A DNA stretch of 64,000 bases, taken from assembly GCA_045837725.1 (NCBI GenBank), contig JBEWZL010000044.1, forward strand, positions 62,001 through 126,000, in the 5' to 3' direction. The notes under the pieces are model-generated. The model searched no databases and was not told where the DNA came from. It saw only the letters and a program-made list of their open reading frames with translations. Below, piece after piece: positions 25,810 to 39,000 of the stretch. Numbering within the stretch: position 1 is the first letter of the stretch; every line of letters starts with the position of its first letter. A program made the translations under genes and the position numbers. Source of the stretch: Vermamoeba vermiformis. Lineage: Eukaryota.

Positions 25810-27763
25810 ATGAGTCAATATCCAGGTCAATATTCTTCCCAAATGAACCCGCAGAATGCGAACATGGGTTCGGGACAGCCCAATTACAATACACAAGGAT
25901 CTATGGGACAGAACCAATGGGCGAGTCCTAGTTATGGTAATAATCGCATAATTATAGAAATATTTTCATGAACGAATGGGCCAAATTATTGCGTGTCCTA
26001 AGAATCGTTCGGATGGACGTGATCGGAATTCTGACCCATATTTTATTTTAAAATTTAGCGCCAACGCAAAATCTACAAGCTAGCAATATGAATTATGGTC
26101 AAAGTAAGTGAATAATAATCAAAAATAATATGCAAACAATATTCGTAAAATTATGCGTACGTGTTTTTTTCTTTACACGTGGCATGCGATTATTAATTAT
26201 TAGTATTGAAATTTTATATTAATCGCGTGAATTGTATGCGGCTATCGGTAACTAACTGGCTCGATCCGGATTTAGATCAGATGGGGCAAGGAAACTATCA
26301 AGGAATGGGCAATCAAATGGCCGCACCTCAATATCAAACATTTAATCCAGCGCAATCGCAACAGAATTATCCGCAGATCCAAACAGGTACGAGTTTTACA
26401 ACCTTACACTTTATCGAAAACGCAAGAAACCACCTCCGTCGCTTAAACTCATAGCTTACTTGCTCTTCATTATTTATTAAAATTATGACGCATTATTAGC
26501 ATCGAATAATTTGTCTTTCTTGGTCTCGTACGTAATTCCGAGATCCGAAATTTACATTCAACTAAGATCTCGCTCTTAAATAACTGTTATAAATTAATGG
26601 CCTAATATTAATCATACTCATATCAAGGGTACATGGGCATGCCTGCGCAAAATCAAGCAATTCCTTCCATGGGCTCGATGCAGTCGATGCCAACTATGAC
26701 CAGCCAGCCAATGATGGGTACTCAAGCAGTGCCTATGATGACCAATGCCGTGCCCGGAATGATGTCCCAAAATATTCCGCAAGGTCAAATGATCCAGCAG
26801 GGACAACCAATGCCCTTGATGGCATCGCAGATCGGCCACGATAACATCCCGATGGGACAACCCCTCAATCCTAATAGTATTCCTACTGGTATGTAGCCTA
26901 CACCTAATTAATATTTCCAAGGCAAAGCTAACAACCTATTCATATTTAAGGCTTGGCCGGCAATCGAGATCGCGAGTGGGTGAGTTATTGCTTTTATCGA
27001 GCACTATTTATGATTAGAATATTATGCTATGAATATATTATAATACCCTTTAACTATAGTTGCTTCAATATGGCAATCCCAACCCTGATGAAATGTTTTT
27101 GTTGCGCGAGTGGTTCGGAACAGTAGATCAAGATAAGACTGGTCAAATTGACGTCGTCAAGCTTCAAACTGCACTTAGCGCTAGTGGCGAGAAGTTTGGC
27201 GAGAACATTTGCTTCTTGTTGATCAAAATGTTTGACGTGGACGGATCTCAATCCATCAACTTCCTTGGTACGTACCAAATTAGTCACTATATTATGCGCT
27301 TAAACTCATATAGTACCGTATACAGTACTTAAGTAATGCTAGTATCTAACGGTATTTTCTTTAACAGAATTTGCGCAATTGTACAAGTTTATTCGTTCTA
27401 TGCGTGCTGCGTTTGAAGCTGTAGACCATAACCGATCGAGTAAGCATTGATTAAAGTTATCTATAGTAATTTGCACGTGCTTTGCATGTACTAATCGAGC
27501 TTCTATCAGATTTGATCACCTTGCAGCAGTTACAACAAGCTTTGGGTACAGCTGGTTTCAACGGTATTCCTCCACAATACGCAGCGTTGTTGTTCCGAAA
27601 ATTCGATAGAAACAAGCGCCAGAAGCTATCTTTTGAAAATTTTATGGAGTTGTGCGTTATTTTGGGCCATACTAAGAGCTGGTTCATTGCCAAAGACACG
27701 GATCTCGACGGAAAAGTTACGCTGTCTTTGTTTGAGCTATTCGAGCTCGTTTCCTATTGTTAA
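25810..27763 (+). CDS. Penta-EF-hand protein (ALG-2/peflin-like) with a G/Q/M/P-rich N-terminus
   Basis: WFGTVDQDKTGQIDVVKLQTAL, MFDVDGSQSINF.EF, FRKFDRNK, KDTDLDGKVTLS; low-complexity N-terminal exons. Confidence 0.88.
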
Positions 27764-27924
27764 ATAGTCCACGATGTGAATAATAAACCTATGTATTATG
27801 ATCAGTCGGTTCAAGTGTACATCCGATCCTTTTCCTTCTCCGATGAAATCCTTCGCAAAATATGCAACAATTTTGGCTTGATTTTTTCAACGGGCAGTGT
27901 TTGTTCAGATCGCTTTCGTAGACC

Positions 27925-29772
27925 ATGGCTGACGAAAGTAACACCAATACTGCGCCGGGGGGTGAGACTGAAAAGCCTCAGATCACCTTGACGCATCTGA
28001 ACAAGGATCTGATCGAGGAAGAAAAGAAGATCGTCGAAGTCAAGGACGCGTCTGACGAGAAGGAGTCCACTGAAGAGGGTGATAAGAAAAAATGGGTCTA
28101 TAATAACCCTGACGTCGACAGCGATGAGGACAGTTGGGAATCCGACCATCCCTTGCTGATGAACAAACTGCCCAAGGCCGTGGACAAGAACGCCGCCATT
28201 CAAGGTCTTCAAACTCTCCTGTACGACGCTACTCCTGACGAACTGGCCGATAACTTTAAGGAGCAGGGCAATGCTTGCTTACAACGAGGTAAGTTTTTTG
28301 ATCGGATCGCGTGACGAAAATTAAATCAATATAGCCAAGCAAGCAGTTATTATGCTAACACGTTTATAAGCTTATATTAATTGTGTCTGTTACTAGGACC
28401 CAAATATTACAAAGATGCTGCCGAATTCTACACCAAAGCTATCGATCAAAAGATCCAAGATGCAGCGAAAAATTCTATTTTATATGCCAACAGAGCCCAG
28501 GCGAACCTTCTATTAAGTAAGTAATTTGCACGAGTTTCTAATTTTTTTGCACAAAGGCAAGCTGAGATCTAGGTTCCTAATCTGGATCTTGCTCATGTTT
28601 GCCGTGCGTGCTCGTTTATCTCGTCTGACCTTATTTTCTTAAATACCACGATTATTAATGTACACTTTAGAGAACTACGGCAAGACTATCGAAGACAGCA
28701 AGAAGGCGATCGAGCTAAATCCGAAAAACATCAAAGCTTATTACCGAGCAGCCAAAGCCTATTCTGCTCTTGGCAAACATACTGAGGCCGCAGAAATTTG
28801 CGAACAAGGACTTAAAGAAGAGCCAAATAACAAAGCTATCCTGGATGAGCTCAAAACAGCCAAAGATCTTCTGGAAGCTCAAAAGGTACGTGCCAAATAT
28901 CGCAATCTTTATTTTTAAGAAATAATTATATAATTACTGGGTCCTACTACTGAGTCTGGGAGTCTTCGGACAACTAGATTCGGTAACGTCAACTTTTATT
29001 CAATGAGTTGATGAATGCACGGATCCACAGAGTAAAATTGGTGTTTAATTTGGCTAAGAGTAATGGTTTCTACCATATGAACTCTTAGTCACTCGGCACT
29101 GGACATTCTTATCATTAAAAAATTCATCCAATTCCCGATCGAGTTAATTTTTTTCCTAATTTTCTTTGAAATTGTAGTTACGCGACGAAGCTAAAGAGCG
29201 CGAGATTAGAGAACAAGAGGCTAAGCGGTTAGAACTACACAAAGCCCTGAAACAAAGAAAAATTGTCATGGGCCCGTTCCTGTCTGCGGCTTCACAACAC
29301 AGGTAGGCCCATTACTATTCCATATTAAACATCGCTTATACTCATACTTTATTGTAGCTACATGGAGCACGCACCTGTATATTTAGACGATGAAAAGAAA
29401 ATGCACTGGCCCGTGTTGTTCTTGTACGAAGAGCACGGTGCAAGCGACTTCATCAAAGATTTCTGCGAAGATGATACTTTTGGCATGCACTTAGAACGCA
29501 TGTTCCCGGCTGATCAACGATGCGATTGGGACGCTGAAAAGAAATACGTGCATAATAACTTGGAAGTATATTTTGTTGCGAACCACGTGACGCCGTTTAA
29601 AGAAAAGTTAAAGCGAGATAAGCGAAAGAGGAAAATTAGAGTTAAACATACTACTACTTTAAAGACGGTACTAACGCATCATGAATACGTTGTGCCGGGC
29701 TTCCCTGTATTTTGGATCGTTGTTGCGGATTCGCCTTACAAAGAACAGTATTTGAAGAGCGAAATTAAATAA
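27925..29772 (+). CDS. TTC4: TPR co-chaperone TTC4/CNS1
   Basis: HPLLM..ALQ-like helix, ADNFKEQGN, YANRAQANL..NYGK, KAYYRAAKA; wheel domain MHWPVLFLYEEHGASDFI. Confidence 0.9.
28936..29108 (+). ncRNA. Candidate intronic box H/ACA-like RNA
   Basis: Lies in intron 28886-29177. Closing stem TGGGTCC/GGATCCA; 12-bp helix capped by GTC-TTCG-GAC; 9-bp helix; H box AGAGTA at 29029-29034; second hairpin TGGCTAAGAGT/ACTCTTAGTCA; ACA at 29103-29105. Confidence 0.65.
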
Positions 29773-29939
29773 AACCCTTGTAAATATTATTAATACTACT
29801 CAAGCCTCTTCTATCGATTTAAATCCTTTTTATTGCTAATAATACAAAATTGTTCGTTATCTAGTGCTTTCCGCTTTTCTGCGTGGTCAAAAAAAAGGTT
29901 AGATCTGGATCCGACGTAATAATCCCTGTAGGTTATAAC

Positions 29940-31433
29940 TTACATCGAGAGCGTGCTTAACGAAAGCAGTAGGGTGCATATCACGCAAATAATCGTCAGT
30001 GGGGTTGAACAATCTGCGCACTAATTCTTCGCGCTCGTGGTCATCAAGTTCGGACAAAATGTCGTTAGCCTTCAAATCATCCTTCTTGGTAACGCCGTTG
30101 ATGTTGACGATGTGGACTTTACCGTGGCCTATATAATCACGTTAGTCCTCAACTGAAATAATTTGGAGATTCTCAGCTCAGCGGATCCAAAAAATAAATA
30201 TTAATTTTGCGCTAAATTGAGAATAGGCCTTAATTTTCTAGGAATATACTTGTACCTCGTTTGTAGACATCATGAATATCGAACATAGCGCCAATAACCG
30301 TCAATTTTCCTTCGTCGACCAATTGCTTGACTTTGTAATCGCTCAAAATAAGTTGAACTTGAACATCGACGTTAATCTCGCTAATAACGTCCAATCTAGC
30401 ATCGCGGAGCTTAGGACTAGCATTTTCTTGCTTAGCGGCTTCGCTAATTTGATATTCAGCAAAATCAAGAGCCTCCAATAAACCAACGACTTCCTTTTGA
30501 ATAGCAGAATCCAAGAAACGATAGTCAGAAGTGGCAGCCTAAAATAATGAGATTATTGAGCTATCAATCTATCAGCCAAGTTTAACCGTAGCGGATCCAC
30601 GCAACGGAATTTCAAAAGCTAATAATTAATTCAATAACGCTTACTCTGATTGCTCCGCATCCAGTATGGCCCATAACGATCACGATAGGAGTTCTAAGGT
30701 TCAAAATTGCGTATTTAACGGATCCTTCTGAGTTTTTGTATTGGTTTCCAATATTTCTGACCGAGAAGATTTCGTTAGGCGACGCAATGCCCATACAGCT
30801 GAAAGGAACTCTAGAGTCACCTATGATAAGGTATTAGTATCGATTTACAGGTCGCGTTGGTCGTAAAGTATGACAAGTGTTGACAGATCGTGTCTTCTAG
30901 AACACTCTGCGCTTAGTCTAGGCGCAAAGACACTCGGACCATGTTATTTATTAATAAGGTAATATTTTCGTCATTTTTGATTGATTTTAAAGTCCAACCG
31001 AAAATGGAAATGGATTTTCGTTTCAGATTCATTTTTTTTCTCGGTTTAAAGGATTTAATTACTTACCGCAAGTTAACCAAGTTACTTTAGGGTGTTGCAT
31101 GTGCAAAATGTCGTGAAGGTTATCTTCAAAATCAGCGGCGTATTTTCTAGTCCATTTAATATTACCACGGCTGATCTTGGCAATCATTTCGCGAGGGGTG
31201 TTGTATATAATAGAGTGAGGGTCATCCCGGCGCTTTTTGCGCTCTTCTTCGCGGCGGGTTTCAGTCGCTGGGGATTGAGACGACAGTTGCGGAGCGAAGC
31301 CGGACATGTCCAAGCTCTCCTCGGGCATTGTAAATGGAACCTCAGAGGTTCTGCTAATAGAGGGGTAGGCATCAACGGTAATTACATTTCCGCCAAACAC
31401 ATCCACGGCAGTTCGTACAGGCAAATCTGACAT
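29940..31433 (-). CDS. Beta-class carbonic anhydrase
   Basis: Zn ligands WLTC-G-DSRV (across an intron) and GHTGCGA; FSVRNIGNQ; VIGAMFDI. Confidence 0.92.
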
Positions 31434-31848
31434 CCTTAGTTTTTCAATGAATTGTTGCTTTCTTCGCTAATGATATTCTAGAAATGGAAGACGAAGATAT
31501 TTTACGCTTTCGAATTTGCTAGAACCTCCAGCAGGGCCAGAAAACTCGTTTGTGAATCGGTCTCGCGACGGAATTTTCGTTAGTCAGTTACGGAGCGAAC
31601 ATTTCGCTGACAAAAAAATCAATGGTTCTATTTCTAGAAGCATCCTTACGATTGCTAGAACCTCGTTATAATGTAATGCGGGCCCAATGGCAAAAGATTC
31701 GATCTTTTTGACATAGCCCGTTTTTTTGGATCGCATCTCTGCTTTCTTTACGAGTTTCTCTTCGAAGCTTTTTTGGTTTATTATAACATTATTTTTCGAT
31801 ATTACAATTATTCCTAACTTAGAAGCAAAAAGTAGCACTATTATACAA

Positions 31849-34522
31849 TTACAGCGAGGTCAGATCAGTCGCATGATTCGCGTACTTGTCCTCGGTCGGT
31901 AGTGGCACAACAGCTGCATTGTCCGTACCATTTGATATAGGCATGTCGTCTTGAATATTGTACTTCATTTTAACTTGTTGAACCTCCTACAAACGGACCA
32001 ACGTTAGTCCAAAGTGTCACATCCGCGTTACGCAGAGCGTCAAAAATCAAAAATAAATTAACTGGACTAGATCGTTATTAATCATATCATCGATAAGCGC
32101 ATATATATTTGATATTATGATAACAAAAATCTAAATGTGGCACGACGGGATCTAAAATTAGAAAATTGTTTCGTAACTTACTTCAGGCGTTTGACATTTT
32201 TCAAATTCTGCAAATATCGCTGACAAGTCTTGCTGTTGCTGCAATTGTTCCATAAATTTGTTCATATTATCTGACTCTTCGGTCAATTCTTTTTCTGATT
32301 TATCTTTTTGTTCTAATCGCGCATTCCTTTCATCCGCCAAGCTCTTATTTGCATCTAGGTGTAATTCATATTAGAACAATATATTATATAGACTTATATA
32401 GTATTATAATTACCGATAACGTTATTATATACACCTTCTACTGGCTGATCTGTCGCAAAAACTTCTTGTATTGAGTCGTTGTTTAATTTCATTCGTTTAA
32501 TTGCTCGTTCTTTTTCTGAATCAATTGGCGCCTCTATTAAAAATGAAATAACGTGTTAGATCAAGGCCTGCTTAGCTAAGTTTTTTAACGCACGTACCTC
32601 GCTTTAAAGAATCAACAGTGTGCGGGTTGCTCAAATAAGTTTCGTAGCCTTCAGGGTCACACTGTTTGTAATGCGTCAAAAAGTTGGTGCCCACGGCAAC
32701 GATTGATTGTTTGCAGTTCGGACACGTCACTGTTTTGTCTTTGTATTCTTGCAGCTTGTCCAATTGTGCCGACTAAACACCCCTCACGTTAGCTACTAAC
32801 ACTTAATATTATTCGAGGTATACTTACCGTTACGTCGTTCAAAAAGGTTGGTGGTTGAACGAGGCCGGTAGCGTAACTCGAAGCAGCACCAGTGATGTCA
32901 ATCGTGTTCGTGCTCGTGATGCCACCGCCACCTAGATTGAGGTAGTCAGGGAGCACTGGTGCCATCAGTCGTTCGGGAAGTGGAGGTGGTGGCATCGTGT
33001 CAATAGTTTGAATGACGCTCGTTGGTGCGATGAACATGTTGGGCGTGTAGGTCTGTGTGGGTGTTGTCATCACTGGTCCTCCTGTTGGTGCTCCAGCAAC
33101 CTTAGCGCACACGTTAGTATCGATCAGCACATGCAATAGTTGTAGTGACTTACCGGTGTGAAATTTCTTGCGTGAACACTGCACTTGTAGTTTGCTGCGT
33201 TACAACAAGCTTTGCATCGTTGATATTTACACTAATCGATAGTTAGATAAGAGTATGATTACGAGTTGCAGGACTTACGTCTTTGTTTGCTCGCTTGCCA
33301 CATCCAACGCAAACTCCTTCATCGACTGCAACAGAATCATTAGCGACTCTAGTTAAGGGTATACCGCTATAATACGTACCCGAGTCTAGCTTTTGCGATG
33401 ACGAGTGCATCGTGTTCGGATTTGTCATCGCTTGAAATGCTTGATGAATGTCAACGTCACCCCCGAAGCCAGTGAAGTTCGGCGCAATATTTTCAACCAC
33501 GTGATCAACGATGACATTGCCCGCAGACATTATTGGCACGCCGTGATTGGATCCTGTGTTGTGTACGAATTCTGGCTGCACTGCTGCTGTGTGATGGCCT
33601 GCAGGGGCGGCTGAAGTCACGGGGGCTGGACCTTCATGCGGACTCGTTGCGTAGCCCGTAACAGCCGCAGGACTATTAAATATAGCGTTAATAAATAGTA
33701 TTCTCTATAATAATGCGCTTGTTGGTGCAAAAGCGATTGATTTCGGTCCATCGATAAAAATGGCGCGAGAATACGGATCTTTTGTTAATAGTGTCTAAAA
33801 ATTTTGTAGAACGTAAATTATGTAATGCAGTAGTTATAATAAGAATAAATTGAACTTATTAAACTATTAGGGTAATTTGTAAAGCGGAAATATTAATTGA
33901 AATTTTGACGGATCTTGGTATGACGCCATGCTAGCGGCTCATAGAAATATTCAGTGAACGTAAATTTACTTACAGTTGACCCTTTTGAGCTTGGAAAATC
34001 AAACTGCGGAGCTGTCTTTTCATATCCGGTTTGGATTCAGCTGGTTCGATACCTGACGTCAGAAAGAACGGGTATTAGTAAATTATCGTGCAACCATCAT
34101 TTAATAATTATTATGACGTAATTTTATGCTAGAAAATGTTAGAAGAAGCACAGTACGTCTTCCACCGTGCATCCAGCTGATTCGCTTTTCCTTAATTTTT
34201 CAAAATAATCCAAAACAAATATTATATCGATATATATTAATATTTAGTCAATTTTATATCAACCAAGCAAGCGGCAGAATTAACAACAATTTTAGAATTA
34301 TTCGTTAGAATTATTAAAATAATTTGCAAACGAGTAATAATCAAACAGATAGTGCCAATAATTAATTAAAAATATATACTTACCATATGCCTTCAAATAA
34401 CTTCTTAATTCGTCCTTAGTAAAATTCTTTAAGGCATCTGGGTCCAAAGATGTGAGTGCGGGCAGCTCGCTGAGATCAACGAGCCGCCACTCATCACCGC
34501 GTCTCTTTCTATTCGCACTCAT
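31849..34522 (-). CDS. Putative nuclear protein: SAP-like helix pair, SRS/SHI (DUF702)-like zinc finger, C2HC-type finger, coiled coil
   Basis: MSANRKRR (NLS-like); FTKDELRSYLKAYG/IEPAESKPDM; spliced CVGCGKRANKD/CKYQRCKACCNAANYKCSVH; CPNC..FLTHYKQC; last exon ends TDLTSL*. Confidence 0.7.
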
Positions 34523-34899
34523 GGAAGTCGTTGTCGTACACAAGCCTTTAAAACTGTTTCTCGTGTGTTTTCCACGACAACGGAAAAAAACAAAATTCTT
34601 CGTTTGCAGAGACTTTCAAGAACCATCTCAATCTAGTATTAATTTGAATAATAACACCAATATAAGAAATATTCAAATGCAACAATAAGGTTACTTATTT
34701 ACCCTAATTCCGAAGGTAGAAGAAAGATGCGGATCGGAGAATTTTGGATCTCGCCTTGAGGGCATTACGCGATGATTTAAATTCGATATTAATAATTTAT
34801 TTTGTACAAGTTTATCCTCCACAAGAGTTATATATCACAAAACACGCAATCAGGTTCTACTGATCGCATCTGGTCTCCAGATCTAAGACCACATGACTT

Positions 34900-36140
34900 C
34901 TAATCACATTCTAAACGTTGAAAAGTTGAAAGCACTTCTAAAAGTAACTAAAGAAGCTATTTATAGCGGTATTAGTCTCGGTAAGAGTTCGTGTAACGGA
35001 ATCTGATCGCAAGAACATACCTCGATGTTGCTCGACTTCTAGTTTATATTTAATGAACTGCTCGTTCTCTTCGTCTATTTTGTATCCTAGTCCTTCAAAT
35101 AAAGCCAGTTGGCGTTGGAAGCCAGGATTGGGATTAATCCAAGATCTCTTTTCTTTGACAAACGCTAGAGCATCTTCTGCCGATAATTTCTTTTTATACA
35201 TAACATATCTATGATAGTAATAATTATTAGTATTATGAAGCAATCTTGAAGGAGGACAGCAAGATCTCGTATTACCAAAATTAGTAAAACTTTCAAAAGT
35301 CTTTCTGCGGTGCGCAATTAAATTTAGGTTTAATTACCATATATAATCTCAATATAAATTTTTATCTTTAAAATAGTTAAATTGCTTCGGTTTGGCATTG
35401 AGATCTGATGGAAAACCACTTACCCAACCATTATTGTTGGACTTCGCGATACACCAGCGGCGCTATAATAACGGAGAATTATTGAGATGAGCTAATTTAC
35501 AAACTATACTCGAAGAGGCACATTATGAGGTTTGCGATCGGGATCCGTTCGGTTCACTGAAAAATTTAAAAAGCTGTAGGAGGCTAACTTACCAATGAAT
35601 AAGCACTCTGCCGCCTTGCTCGACTACTTCGTCGATGAAATCGAAGCCTGTTATCAAAATATGAGAAAATAAATTAATTTTCGTCGCGATCAGGGAACTT
35701 ACAGTCCTCGAAGTGAGAAAGCAGATCTTCGTGCTCAAAATCTAGTACATCAATAAACTTCCAAATATAGCTAAATTGCTGCATGAAATAACAATTAGAA
35801 CGCTTAAATAATTAATTATAATAACCTACCTCGGGAAACTTTCGAGACAAAGATGCACCTACGGGTAGGATATGTGTAATTCCATATTTCTTTAATAATT
35901 CTATAAAAATAATAATTAGTAAGCCTGTAAATTTATCGAAGCGCAAAAACGGATTGGCTTGGACAGCTTGAATAAACGTCGCTAAATGAATACCAATCGT
36001 TTATATATAATTTATCATAATATAATTTATTGGCGCGAGGTCATACCGCTATTATAGGCTTGAGATTCGCTGCCAAGATAAACACTAGGAAGAATTTCAT
36101 CCAGAACTTCTGGATTGCTCCATCCAAATACGGGATGCAT
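34900..36140 (-). CDS. Dual-specificity protein phosphatase (atypical DUSP)
   Basis: EILPSVYLGS, spliced active site VLIHCAAGVSRS, INPNPGFQRQL. Confidence 0.92.
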
Positions 36141-36275
36141 AACCTTCTAAGAGACTATTTAATATATACAGGCGAATTCCTTATACGTTGTGCACCAGCA
36201 GCTGAAAAATTAAAATTGGTTTTGTTCGTCATTTTCAATTTATTTCCAGCTGGCGAGACTACAGACCATTTAAAT

Positions 36276-38848
36276 ATGGGCAATAAACCTTCAACTGCTG
36301 GCGGTAAGCCTGATAAGCGCCGTAATACGATTGCATCAGAACCAGCTGCGCAACCTAAATCCACGCCATCTTTTGGATCAGACCACCACGAACTTGCATC
36401 TGGCTCAACTGACGAAGATTTCACCTTAGATAAATTCTTACCACCTGGTTTCGTTGGAATTACCATTAATCCTCGTGTATTTTTCGAGGGTATTGAAACG
36501 CCAGACAACACATTCACTTGGTACCGTCAGATTTCAGAAACTGAAAAAACGCCCGTTGGAGACAAGAGGTAAATAATGATTTAATACATATTTTACTCGT
36601 AATTATACAATTACTTGTTTTTTACGTTGGAATTTTTAAATCTGACACTTTTCCAGCTCTGCCTCGTTAACGATGCTAATATTTCTGGATATAATTAGAA
36701 ACGATGATTAATACAATTACGGCTAATTCAATGCAATACTGCTTTTAATTTAATTCAATTCTAACGGAAAATCTTCTATCGCACTTTAAATTGCAATTAA
36801 ATTTGTGCTTCTTTGCTGCTTGCCACTAAACATCTGAATTATCCTATTAAACATAATATTAACAATATTGCAATATTGTTGCGGAACAACACTGCTTTTG
36901 AAATTGCGATTAAAAATTTTTAGATCTCGGATCTACAAAACTTAAAAATTATATAGTAACGTTATGAAATTTATCCTAATATGCAACATAATGCATATAA
37001 TTAAATAATTTTATTCCGTAGAGCGTACACACCTGTCCCCGAAGACGTCGATCACGTGCTCATCTTCGAGGTCACAGCCAAGTACAAAAAAGGAAAAGTC
37101 CTCACGAAATCTACCACAACGAAAGAGCCCGCCAAGGCATTGCAAACACCACCTCCTCGTACTGAATGGACTTTACACAAGGACTCTACTGAGACGGGTA
37201 AGTCATAGCCCAAAAATGGAAACTTTAATCGATGTTTGTTTCATGAAAATATATTAATTATTTCCTTTTATAGCACGTGAGAATTTGATTAAAGTATGCA
37301 CGTATAACATTTTGGCACCGATTTGGACGAACCCGGCCAACTACGATTGGTGTCCCGCTTGGGCTCTAGAATGGTCTTATCGTCGTGCAATTATCGTCAA
37401 AGAATTGTTGTCATATGACGCCGATATTATTTGCTTGCAAGTAAGTAACATAAGCACGACTAATAACATTTTCGTTGGAAAGTAGGGTCTGTTGTTAACC
37501 ATCACTTTTTCGCTCCTTTTTAGGAAGTCGATAACCAAGGATTCGAGAAAGATTTGCACCCCGAATTAGCCAAGCACGAGTACGAAGGTATTTTCAAGGA
37601 GAACGGCTCACGTGAAGGCACTGCTATCTTCTGGCGACGAAAGAGGTACGTCTCTGACACAAACTTTTGACACGTGTCAAACTATGTCATCAGCGATCAA
37701 TATCGCCACAATAATATCCTAGCATATACTTGCCTAATACAACTGACTTAAAATAATTTGAATTAGATTTGGACTCGTGGACTCGAAGAGCATTACCTTC
37801 AATGACACCGTCACGAGCCCTCGCGGTGAAAACGATTTGTACGATAAGATCAAAGAGAGACTCAAAGTCATTCACCACCACAACGTGGCACAGCTTTTGT
37901 TGCTCAAAGAAAAGGCTACTGGCAAACACCTCGCTGTGGCAAACACTCATGTACGTACCTTAGTACTCTATTCTTGTAATAATAGTTGATGATATTGTAA
38001 TGATTATATGGATACTCGTACTAATTGTTTTGTAGTTGTACTGGGGTTCGGATCCACATCCGTTGATCTACCAATTGCAAATTATGCAAGTCGAAATTAT
38101 TATGAAAGAATTGCAAGAGCTGCTCGGTGAGAATAAGGTAAGCAAATTATATATCGATTTAGTTTATATATTTTACTGACTTTTTGGTGTTGTAGCTGAG
38201 CGAGGAAAACTCTGGCATCTTGTTCGCTGGTGACTTTAACTCAACTTTGGAGAACGCTGTTCAACGATTTTTGAAGAGCGGACAAGTTGAAACGAACGAC
38301 GCCGAGCTCATTGATGGTAAGAAACTTGATTTTAGCTATTTTGATCGCGGACATTTTTGACACGGGCTTGGCAAGTCATGGTCGAGCACCAACTTCTCAT
38401 ATCATTTTAAAATATAGCATACGTACTAATCATATGTTACTTCCAGGATACTTTAAGGGCACCATTGACAAGCCATTGACCATTCCTTACAAGTTCCACA
38501 GTGCCTACGAACAATGCGGAGGCGAGCCCAAGTTCACTATCTACATCAAGTCTCACCAGAAGAGCATCGATTACATTTACTACAATGATAAGGCTTTGAA
38601 GGTTCATGGTGTTCTCAATCTTAGCCCGGAAGAGGTACGCTAATCTGAAGTTAATCGAAGTGATCTGAGCTAACCTTTTTTTGTAGGCGTACAAAGAGAA
38701 TCAATTTATTCCTAGCGTTCGCATCCCTTCTGATCACATTGCATTGATTAGTGCGTTCAAATGGAACGACGGCTCTGCACCAAAATCGGAACCCAAATCC
38801 GAGAAGATCGAACCTGAGAAGAAGGTTGAAACTGCTAGTGAAGAGTAA
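36276..38848 (+). CDS. CCR4/nocturnin/PDE12-family EEP nuclease
   Basis: VCTYNILA, DADIICLQEVD, VANTHLYW, FAGDFNS, IDYIYY, IPSDH; PDE12-like N-domain (FTWYR..YTPVPEDVDHVL); N-terminus MGNKPS. Confidence 0.9.
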
Positions 38849-39000
38849 CCTAAACTTGTTATATTATACGCATATTAAACACCTATTTATTTCCTCAAGG
38901 AAAGTCTTTTTCTGCGGACTAGATCCCGACACCAAACTAGCTTTAGTGTAACAAGTTTTTATTGGATTTTAATACAATATGGGTTGCTTAATTAGTTAAC

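Noticed and set aside
29049-29115. Short matches to U2 snRNA (TTTGGCTAAGA, CTCGGC, TTCTTATCA)
   Set aside because: Wrong order and no branch-pairing GTAGTA segment; better explained by the H/ACA-like fold.
34000-34040. GGTTCGATACC resembling a tRNA T-loop
   Set aside because: No cloverleaf; it is the antisense of a coding exon. No tRNA, rRNA or CRISPR array was found in the window.
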